Below, one piece after another: positions 37,150-45,062 of a DNA stretch of 51,666 nt. The position numbers were made by a program, and so were the translations under genes. The stretch lies in assembly GCA_964400185.1 (NCBI GenBank), contig CAYNUI010000001.1:1-51666 (forward strand), read 5' to 3'. Position 1 is the first letter of the stretch, and every line of letters starts with the position of its first letter. Source of the DNA: an uncultured Hyphomonas sp. Lineage in GTDB: Bacteria > Pseudomonadota > Alphaproteobacteria > Caulobacterales > Hyphomonadaceae. The notes under the pieces were generated by a model. It saw only the letters and a list, made by a program, of their open reading frames with translations. It did not search any database and was not told the origin of the DNA.

Positions 37150-37165
37150 TGGCGTCTATCTTGCT
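37150..37165 (+). promoter_or_regulatory. Putative sigma54 promoter for the ligase/ParA unit
   Basis: TGGCGTCTATCTTGCT. Confidence 0.55.
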
Positions 37166-37294
37166 TGTAATGCAATCAGCTTCGCCTCATAGGGGAATTA
37201 TCGCTGCAGCAAGAGCTCACCCGGTCAGAACAGATGCAGACATGTGCACCCGATGATCGAAATCATGGCATAAAGCGCCCGCAAAAACCGATTT

Positions 37295-38644
37295 ATGATG
37301 AACAGCCATTCAGCTACCACCCCTGATTCTACCGAGCATTTGAAGCGGTTGAAAGAAAAGCGCATCCATTCATGGCTGCGCATCGTTGCGTGCATCGTCC
37401 CAGTTGGACTCTTGCTCGCGCATTTCAGCAATGGCGCTGATACCTTCCCGATCGCGGTGCCGTTTATCCTTCTGTTTTGCGTCCTCTATGCCGCCGCGAT
37501 CATCATCGATGAGACGCGCTCAGTGAGCATCGAAATCGCGGCAATCGCTTGCCTGTTTTTGGCCTGGTTCAGCCTCGGTTTGTTTGGGAATTGGCATCGC
37601 GCCCAGTACGAAGTCCAAACTTTGATTGCCGCCGGCGCAGTTTTAGGAACCGGATTCATTATTGGATCTCGAAACGGGACATTGAAATTTGCCTGGTCCG
37701 CCTTGGTCTGGTCGCTTGCGGCCTTCGCCATTCTATCCGGCTTTGACTATCTGTCTCAAACGAGCGCGCCGAGCGAATATGGCCGTCGACTGTCCGCTGG
37801 ATTTGGATCTCCCAATTCCGCGGCGACCTTATTTGCCATGTCGATGCTGATCGGTGGCGCCAAGCTCTTGGTTAGATTCCAAGACCCACGTTATGAGAGC
37901 CGACCGCGTGGTGAACGTGTGGCGTATCTCGCTCAGCACGAATTCGCCAGCCTGATCCTCGTCACGATCGCAGCGGCTTGCTTACTCTTCACTGTCTCGC
38001 GCGCAGGGATCCTAGTAGGCATCACGGCCTTCTTTGGTCTAATGGGGTTTGAGCTTTGGCGCATGACCCGACGCGGTCAGGTGCAATTTTTAAAACGCAA
38101 ACGCGTCTATATCGGTCTCGGCGTACTCGCAGCCATTGTGTTTCTGCTGGCGGTCTCTGGAGAGATCAATCCAAACCACGCCGAAGCGCTCCTGCAAAAT
38201 GTCGAAGGCCGGACGCGCACTTATTCTGTGTACTGGTCGGCTTGGTTGGAGCGCCCTTGGTTCGGTTATGGGTTGGGGAGTTTTGATGCCGTCAATGACG
38301 CCTCGACAACGCTCCAAAACGCGGACGCACTGGCTCAAATGGGCGCGGCGCACAATGTGTTCCTTCAATGGCTGTTGCAACAAGGCATTGTCGGATTTGC
38401 CGCAATGAGCTTCGTCTTTGCGGTGATCTTTTACCCGATCATTATGGCGTTGCGCGGTGCCTCTTCGAAGCCGCGAAACTTTATGCGTCTGACAATCGCA
38501 CTAACCTTGCTCGTGTTCGCGCACGGCATGGTCGATTACGCCCTCGAAATCCCCAGCATCATGTGGACCTATGCCTTTATCCTCGGCCTAGCGGCAGGAT
38601 ATTCCACACAAACACGGCTGCGACGAGCGCCGTCTGCCGAATGA
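37295..38644 (+). CDS. O-antigen ligase/Wzy_C family protein
   Basis: RLSAGFGSPN, TVSRAG, RPWFGYGLGSF, AHNVFLQWL.Q.G..G, HGMVDY. Confidence 0.88.
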   Translation: MMNSHSATTPDSTEHLKRLKEKRIHSWLRIVACIVPVGLLLAHFSNGADTFPIAVPFILLFCVLYAAAIIIDETRSVSIEIAAIACLFLAWFSLGLFGNWHRAQYEVQTLIAAGAVLGTGFIIGSRNGTLKFAWSALVWSLAAFAILSGFDYLSQTSAPSEYGRRLSAGFGSPNSAATLFAMSMLIGGAKLLVRFQDPRYESRPRGERVAYLAQHEFASLILVTIAAACLLFTVSRAGILVGITAFFGLMGFELWRMTRRGQVQFLKRKRVYIGLGVLAAIVFLLAVSGEINPNHAEALLQNVEGRTRTYSVYWSAWLERPWFGYGLGSFDAVNDASTTLQNADALAQMGAAHNVFLQWLLQQGIVGFAAMSFVFAVIFYPIIMALRGASSKPRNFMRLTIALTLLVFAHGMVDYALEIPSIMWTYAFILGLAAGYSTQTRLRRAPSAE

Positions 38645-38700
38645 CCCTTCGCAGATAAGACAGGATGTGCGAAACACATCCTAAGAGTGAGAGGGAAGGC

Positions 38701-39624
38701 ATGTCGGCAACGATAGCGGCGGTCGCTAACCTAAAAGGTGGCGTCGGAAAATCTACGACAACTTTGATGCTGGCCGATGGGCTGGCATATTATTATGGCG
38801 CTGAGGTTTTGGTGGTGGATCTCGATCCGCAAGCCAATTCGAGTCAGATGCTGCTCACCGATCGCGGCCTGCAAATGGCGTTTGAGCAAGGCAAAGGCGT
38901 GCACCACCTGCTTGAACAGTTCATGGCGAATGAGAAACCAAACATCGCCAATCTGGTTTTACCGAATGCCGTGACTTTGGAAGAGCTGCGACGGGCCGAA
39001 GAAAAAGACCAACGCCAAGGCTGGGTCTCTATCCTGCCGGCGCACACGCAGTTGCGCTTTACAGAAATGGCGCTCGAAGAACAGATCTATAGCAAAGGCA
39101 TGGCGCCAAGCCGTCTGTCTGGTTACCTCGCGGACCACATGACCAAAGCGCTGGAACCGCTGACCACGCTCTATGATGTCATTCTCATCGACACGCCGCC
39201 TTATCTTTCGCCACTGGCGCGGGCGGCGCTGACGATTGCAAACCAATACATTACACCGACGCTCGCGGACTCCGTTTCAATATGGGGCACGAAACAATTC
39301 TCAGATTGGATGACGTCGCAAGTGACGCCGCATCTCGCGTCAAACAATTTCATTGTCATTACCCGCTTCAAGAACACGCGCTATGCCCGTGCGGCTGAAC
39401 AAGAATTGAAAGAGATCTATCTCAAGGACCGCACGTTCGGGCCGACAATTCCTGAATCCGTTCAAGCGCTCAGCGCCATGGATCGGCCAGATCTTGATAG
39501 CTACGACTCGGTACGCGGCAAATATGGCCGTCTGCGCAATGACGTGAAACGCCTCGCTGAGAGCTTTGCTGAATTCCTCGCGCAGCGCGCAAATGGCGCC
39601 GCTCCAAAAATGGTTCGCGACTAG
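38701..39624 (+). CDS. Orphan ParA/MinD-family ATPase
   Basis: NLKGGVGKSTT deviant Walker A, VDLDPQAN, IDTPP. No parB nearby. Confidence 0.88.
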   Translation: MSATIAAVANLKGGVGKSTTTLMLADGLAYYYGAEVLVVDLDPQANSSQMLLTDRGLQMAFEQGKGVHHLLEQFMANEKPNIANLVLPNAVTLEELRRAEEKDQRQGWVSILPAHTQLRFTEMALEEQIYSKGMAPSRLSGYLADHMTKALEPLTTLYDVILIDTPPYLSPLARAALTIANQYITPTLADSVSIWGTKQFSDWMTSQVTPHLASNNFIVITRFKNTRYARAAEQELKEIYLKDRTFGPTIPESVQALSAMDRPDLDSYDSVRGKYGRLRNDVKRLAESFAEFLAQRANGAAPKMVRD

Positions 39625-40635
39625 TCAGAGCTTGCGCAATGCCGTGACTAAAGTCTGCATATCTGCGGGCAAAGGGGTCTCCACAAATAGACGCTCCCCC
39701 GTCACAGGGTGGACAAATCCAAGGCTCGCCGCATGCAAAGCTTGACGGGTCAGTTTCCGGGCTAAGCTCGTCGCTTCATCAAACGCCTCGCCTTGTCCAA
39801 AAGCTTTGATCCCGCGATGACGGCCATAAACGGGATCGCCAATCAATGAGCATCCAAGGTGCGCCATGTGCACCCGAATTTGATGCGTCCGACCGGTTTC
39901 CAACTTACACTCGATCAGAGCCGCCGCGGGGCGCGCTTCGACTTTGCTGACCTCTCCGAACGTCTCCAGGGCCTTATAGTGGGTGACCGCATGACGGCCT
40001 TCACCATCGGGCACCACTGCCATTTTCTTTCGATCGGTCGAGCTGCGCGCAATGTCGGACGTGACCGTGCCGACCGATGGCCGCGGGGAGCCGCGCGTGA
40101 GCGCTAGGTAAGTGCGCTCAATGTCATGCGCCGCGAACAGCTCGGATAAACCTTTATGGGCCGCTTCTGTTTTCGCAACGACCAGGACGCCCGTCGTGTC
40201 TTTATCTATCCGGTGAACAATTCCAGGACGTTCGACACCGCCAATCCCCGGCAGCGCGCCTTTGCAATGATGCAGCAAAGCATTCACGAGCGTGCCTTGC
40301 CATGTGCCCGGCGCAGGATGCACCGCCATACCTGAGGGCTTGTTGATCAGAATGAGATGCTCATCTTCAAAGAGGATATCGAGCGGGATGTCTTCAGGCT
40401 CTGGCGTGGCGGGCACAGGCGGCGGCATATCCACGACATAGGTCACGCCTGGCTCAACCGCCTTTCTGGGATCAGCTTGCGGCATGGCCGAACCGCCGCG
40501 ATGCTCAGAGACATGCCCTTCTTTGATCAGAGTTTTCGCGCGCGACCGCGACAGCGCACTGATTTGTTCGCTGAGGAATCGGTCAAGCCGGGTTCCTTTA
40601 TCGCTTTCGCCTGCTAAAGCTGATAATTCTGTCAT
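39625..40635 (-). CDS. rluD: 23S rRNA pseudouridine synthase (RluA family, S4 domain)
   Basis: RLDRFL S4 domain, NKPSGMAVHP, GTLVNALL, HRIDKDTTG, LETGRTHQIRVH, GDPVY, QALHA. Confidence 0.9.
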   Translation of the reverse strand: MTELSALAGESDKGTRLDRFLSEQISALSRSRAKTLIKEGHVSEHRGGSAMPQADPRKAVEPGVTYVVDMPPPVPATPEPEDIPLDILFEDEHLILINKPSGMAVHPAPGTWQGTLVNALLHHCKGALPGIGGVERPGIVHRIDKDTTGVLVVAKTEAAHKGLSELFAAHDIERTYLALTRGSPRPSVGTVTSDIARSSTDRKKMAVVPDGEGRHAVTHYKALETFGEVSKVEARPAAALIECKLETGRTHQIRVHMAHLGCSLIGDPVYGRHRGIKAFGQGEAFDEATSLARKLTRQALHAASLGFVHPVTGERLFVETPLPADMQTLVTALRKL

Positions 40636-40713
40636 GAGAGGGGTATAAACCCACGGGGCAGGAAAGGTCATGTTGGAATCGCAATAGCGACCACAAGCGG
40701 AGAAGCTGGGACA

Positions 40714-42444
40714 ATGTCAAAACTAACGAGACGCGGCCTGTTAGGAGCGAGTAGCAGTCTTTTGGGCCTCGCGGCATGCAACCGCGATCCCTTATTGGAA
40801 CCGGAAGCGCGGATCACGGTCAGCCCGGATGATCGCGCCGGCTATCCTGGCAAAGTCAATTTCATCCATGGCGTCGCGTCCGGGGATCCGCTACCGGACA
40901 GCGTCATCATTTGGACCCGAGTCACCCCCGATGCGGCCTATCCAGGAGAGGCCGTTCCGATCAGTTATGGCGTGTTCGAAGACGCTGAGCAGACCCAGCC
41001 CGTTAAGTATGGCCAAGGCTATGCCACCGTGGAACGTGACTACACGGTCAAAGTCAGCATAGAGGGTTTAGAACCCGACAAAGAGTATTGGTATCGCTTC
41101 ATTGCGAAGGTGACCTCCGGCGATGTCGGCTCACCCGTGGGCCGGATGAAAACGACCGCTGCAAGCGGCAATAAGCCGGTTCGGTTCGCCGTGGTCTCTT
41201 GCTCTAACTATCCGTTTGGGCGCTTCCACGTCTATCGAGAGATTTCCAAGACCGCAGATCTCGATGCCGTCATCCATCTCGGAGACTATATTTATGAGTA
41301 CGGCGTCGACGGCTATGGCGGGTCCGTTGGCCAGACGATTGATCGCAATCACGAGCCGCCTATGGAAATCGTAACGCTCGACGATTACCGCGCTCGGCAC
41401 GCGCAATACAAAACCGACCCTGATTTGCAGGCCGCGCATGCGGCGGCGCCGTGGATCACCACCTGGGACGATCATGAAAGCACCAATAATTCCTATCGCG
41501 CCGGCGCGGAAAACCACAATCCGGAGGCCGGCGAAGGCAATTGGAGCGATCGCAAACAGGCTGCCGTTCAGGCGTATTTGGAATGGATGCCGGTCCGCGA
41601 TCCCGAAGTTGGGATGACCCGCGAGGCCCTCTATCGCCGGTTTGAGTTTGGCGATGTCGCCTCGGTGATCTGTCTCGAAACGCGCTTGACCGGTCGCTCG
41701 GACGAGATCAGCTGGTTCACCGCTCTCGGCAATCTTGACCCATCACAGATTCCGTTCGCCGCGACGAGCACTATGGTGCGGGTCCAGGATCCTGAACGCA
41801 CTATGCTCGGCCAGGTTCAAGAGACATGGTTGGAGGATCAGTTTGCAGCCTCAACAGAGGCTGGCAAATCCTGGCAGGTGCTCGCCAATCAGATCATTAT
41901 GGCACGTGTGCGCTCGCCCAATTTTGAGCGCAGCCTCACGGATGAGCAGAAAGCCGCGCAAGATGTCGGTTATATTCAACAGCTCATTCCGTTCAGCCAA
42001 CTTGGCCTGCCCTGGAATCTCGATGCGTGGGATGGCTTCCCCGCTGCACGCGACCGTCTCTATGAGAGTGCTAAAAGACAAGGCGCGCGTTTGGTCACCC
42101 TGACCGGCGATACGCATACGGCGTGGGCGAATACATTGCTGGACGCAGATGACGAACAACGCGGCGTGGAATTTGGCTGCACGTCTGTCACGTCTCCAGG
42201 CTTCGGCACATATATGAAAGATGTTCCGGACATCGGGCAGCAATTTGCTGACGCCAATCCGGAAGTCGATTTTTACGACCCCCATGATAATGGCTGGACG
42301 CTTGTGACTTTGTCCCAGGATGAGGCGCGCGCGGACTATAAGAAAGTCAGCGACGTCACGCAGGACACCTATACCGCCAGTGAGGTCGCCACTTATGTCA
42401 CGCGGCGCGATGGCGACGGCATGACGCCGCTCGAAAAAGTCTAG
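40714..42444 (+). CDS. phoD: Alkaline phosphatase D, Tat-exported probable lipoprotein
   Basis: TRRGLL Tat motif plus LAAC; HGVASGDP, SCSNY, HLGDYIYE, WDDHE, NLDAWDGF, TGDTH. Confidence 0.93.
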   Translation: MSKLTRRGLLGASSSLLGLAACNRDPLLEPEARITVSPDDRAGYPGKVNFIHGVASGDPLPDSVIIWTRVTPDAAYPGEAVPISYGVFEDAEQTQPVKYGQGYATVERDYTVKVSIEGLEPDKEYWYRFIAKVTSGDVGSPVGRMKTTAASGNKPVRFAVVSCSNYPFGRFHVYREISKTADLDAVIHLGDYIYEYGVDGYGGSVGQTIDRNHEPPMEIVTLDDYRARHAQYKTDPDLQAAHAAAPWITTWDDHESTNNSYRAGAENHNPEAGEGNWSDRKQAAVQAYLEWMPVRDPEVGMTREALYRRFEFGDVASVICLETRLTGRSDEISWFTALGNLDPSQIPFAATSTMVRVQDPERTMLGQVQETWLEDQFAASTEAGKSWQVLANQIIMARVRSPNFERSLTDEQKAAQDVGYIQQLIPFSQLGLPWNLDAWDGFPAARDRLYESAKRQGARLVTLTGDTHTAWANTLLDADDEQRGVEFGCTSVTSPGFGTYMKDVPDIGQQFADANPEVDFYDPHDNGWTLVTLSQDEARADYKKVSDVTQDTYTASEVATYVTRRDGDGMTPLEKV

Positions 42445-42526
42445 GCCCACACGCCGCGGCGACAAGCTTGCCCGCACTCAGTATCCATGCTGTTTCACCG
42501 CAACGTGAGACAGTATGGAGGAAGCG

Positions 42527-43450
42527 ATGGGCGTATTAGACGGCAAGGTCATTTTGGTGACCGGCGGCGGCAATGGGATTGGCAAAGAGTGCGCACTTCT
42601 CGCTGCACGTGAAGGCGCGAAAGTTGTCGTCAATGATCTTGGCGGTGCCCTGACAGATGATGGCGCCACCTCTGGAGACGCTGGCCTCGCCGAACAAGTC
42701 GCCCAAGAAATCCGTGACGCCGGCGGGGAAGCCGCTTCCAATTCCGAAAGCGTGACCGATATGGCCGCCGTGCAAGGCATGGTCGAGCAGGCCAAAGACA
42801 CGTTCGGCGCGCTCCACGGCATCATCAATCCGGCCGGTATTCTGCGCGATGGCATGTTCCACAAAATGAGTGAAGACGATTGGAAAGCGGTCATCGACGT
42901 TCATCTGCATGGATCGTTCAATGTCACGCGCGCCGCGATCGAGCACTTCCGCGAACAGGAAGATGGCAGCTTTGTCCTCTTCACCTCGACGTCTGGTTTG
43001 ATCGGAAACATTGGCCAGGCCAATTATGCCGCCGCCAAAATGGGCATTGCCGGTCTATCGCGGATCATTGCTATGGAAGGCGCACGCAAGAACGTTCGGT
43101 CGAACATCATTGCGCCCTTTGCATGGACCCGAATGATTGCCTCCATCCCTGTCAAAGACGAAGAAGGGGCCAAACGCGTGGAACGGATGCGCACGGGCAT
43201 GCGCGCAGACCAAGTCGCGCAGCTTGCAGTGACGCTTTGCGCGGATGGCGCAAAACATGTGTCGGGCCAAATCTTCAGCGTCCGAGGCAATGAAGTGGTT
43301 CTGTTTAACCAGCCCCGGCCCGTGAAATCTGTTTCACGTTTGGAAGGCTGGACACCCGAAACGCTTATGGAACAAGGCCTTACGGCGATGGAGGGCAGCT
43401 TCACCGATCTTGGTGCGACAACCTCCGTGTTCCCATACCCGCCCGTCTAA
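42527..43450 (+). CDS. SDR oxidoreductase (MFE-2/3-hydroxyacyl-CoA dehydrogenase-like)
   Basis: TGGGNGIG, VVVNDLG, AGILRD, GQANYAAAK. ATG 42527 after GGAGG. Confidence 0.9.
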   Translation: MGVLDGKVILVTGGGNGIGKECALLAAREGAKVVVNDLGGALTDDGATSGDAGLAEQVAQEIRDAGGEAASNSESVTDMAAVQGMVEQAKDTFGALHGIINPAGILRDGMFHKMSEDDWKAVIDVHLHGSFNVTRAAIEHFREQEDGSFVLFTSTSGLIGNIGQANYAAAKMGIAGLSRIIAMEGARKNVRSNIIAPFAWTRMIASIPVKDEEGAKRVERMRTGMRADQVAQLAVTLCADGAKHVSGQIFSVRGNEVVLFNQPRPVKSVSRLEGWTPETLMEQGLTAMEGSFTDLGATTSVFPYPPV

Positions 43451-43489
43451 GCTAGGTCCGTCGGCCTAGGATTTGCACATAAGGCCGAT

Positions 43490-44989
43490 ATGGAAGACGA
43501 CGCCCCAGCCAACGGGATCGAGCAAGTCGATCAGGTCCCTGACACTGCGCAGGCCATGGAGATTGTCCAAGGCCCGGATGGGCGGTTTTACCTCGTCCCA
43601 GAGACGGACTCCGTTCCGGTTGAGCAGAGCGAAACTGTAGTCGAGCAAGCTGAGGCCTCCACGGGGCTGTTTTCTTGGGCAGATCCGATCCTCGCCGACC
43701 CACTCGGTTGGGCGCAGGCCAATTTGCTCAATATGGACGTTCTACTGCCATATGCCTGGCAATTCGCGGCCATTTTCGGGGCGCTGATCGTCGGCGCGAT
43801 GTTTGCCCCACGTGTGCGCGGATGGGTCCTGGTAGGCCTTACCCGCCTGCCCGAAAACATTCGATCGTTGGTCGAAGAGACGCTGCCGCGGCTGGTTCGA
43901 CCGGCTTTGTGGACCGCCCTCCTCTATGCGGCGCAAGCGGCAATGGCGGGCGCAGGCATGGACAGTCTGCTGGTGCGCATCGCCTCATCCCTCGCCTTGG
44001 CCTGGCTACTGATCCGGATCGTTACGGCGTTCTTGCCTGAGGGATTCCGAAAACCGGCGGGATGGGTGATCTTCGTCTTCGCGGCTTTTTATGCGGTCGG
44101 CGTCCTCGATGAAGTTATGGCCTGGCTGTCGAGCATCGGCCCGCCATTTGGCGGCCGTGTCATTAGTCCGGTTTTTGTGGTGCAAGCGATTGCAACCGTG
44201 GCGCTGTTCATGTTTGCCGCCAATTGGTTGGCGAAGCGGCTAAAGACCCGCGTCGACGAGCTGCCCCAAGTTGAACCTTCCTTGCGCATTTTAATGGGGA
44301 ATGCGGTCCAGGTGGGTCTGTTCTTCGGTGCCGCTTTGCTTGCGATGGCCGGGCTGGGCATTCCCCTGTCGGGCCTCGCCGTCTTAGGTGGCGCAATCGG
44401 TGTTGGCCTCGGTTTTGGCATGCAACAGATCGTCGCCAACTTTATCTCAGGAGTCATTCTCCTCACCGACCGATCGATCAAGCCAGAGGATGTGATTGAA
44501 GTCGATGAGACTTATGGCGTCGTGAAATCGCTGGGACTGCGCTATGCCTCTGTCATCACCAGAGATGGCAAAGAACATCTTATTCCGAACGAACAGCTGA
44601 TTACCGACAAAGTCGTGAACTGGTCCTATTCGAACAAAGAAGTTCGGGTCAAACGCCGCCTGCGCGTAGAGTATGAATCTGACCTTCGTCAAGCGGTCGA
44701 GCTCGTTGAAAAAGGCGCGTCGCAAACAGATCGCGTGCTCGCCGATCCGGCGCCAAAATGCTTGGTTATGGAGTTCGGGGACGAAGCGATTGAGCTCGAA
44801 ATTCGGTTCTGGATCAATGATCCTCAGAACGGGGTTTCGAATGTGTCTTCGGCTGTGATGTTGAATATTTGGGACCGCTTCACCGAGGCGGGCATCGATA
44901 TTCCGCTGCGCCATGAAGACGTTTTGATCACGCCAGGATCGACGTTGAAAGTCGAAATGGTAAAGCCCAAGGACGACGATGTTAGCTAG
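43490..44989 (+). CDS. Mechanosensitive ion channel, MscS family
   Basis: GAIGVGLGFGMQQIVANFISG, G.V..LGLR, IPNE.L....V.NWS. Start uncertain. Confidence 0.9.
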   Translation: MEDDAPANGIEQVDQVPDTAQAMEIVQGPDGRFYLVPETDSVPVEQSETVVEQAEASTGLFSWADPILADPLGWAQANLLNMDVLLPYAWQFAAIFGALIVGAMFAPRVRGWVLVGLTRLPENIRSLVEETLPRLVRPALWTALLYAAQAAMAGAGMDSLLVRIASSLALAWLLIRIVTAFLPEGFRKPAGWVIFVFAAFYAVGVLDEVMAWLSSIGPPFGGRVISPVFVVQAIATVALFMFAANWLAKRLKTRVDELPQVEPSLRILMGNAVQVGLFFGAALLAMAGLGIPLSGLAVLGGAIGVGLGFGMQQIVANFISGVILLTDRSIKPEDVIEVDETYGVVKSLGLRYASVITRDGKEHLIPNEQLITDKVVNWSYSNKEVRVKRRLRVEYESDLRQAVELVEKGASQTDRVLADPAPKCLVMEFGDEAIELEIRFWINDPQNGVSNVSSAVMLNIWDRFTEAGIDIPLRHEDVLITPGSTLKVEMVKPKDDDVS

Positions 44990-45062
44990 CGGGCGCGGGT
45001 TCTCAAACGAAAATTAAGATCGATGCGGTAAGACGTTCTGCCGGAGATGGTGGATAAGTAGA

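Noticed and set aside
28193-38644. PEP-CTERM/exosortase system (often sigma54- and EPS-linked)
   Set aside because: No exosortase, PrsK/PrsR or C-terminal PEP-TM-basic protein in the window. Such genes could exist elsewhere in the genome.
2105-39624. Genomic island or mobile element
   Set aside because: No integrase, transposase, tRNA or flanking direct repeats seen, and no obvious compositional break by eye (not computed).
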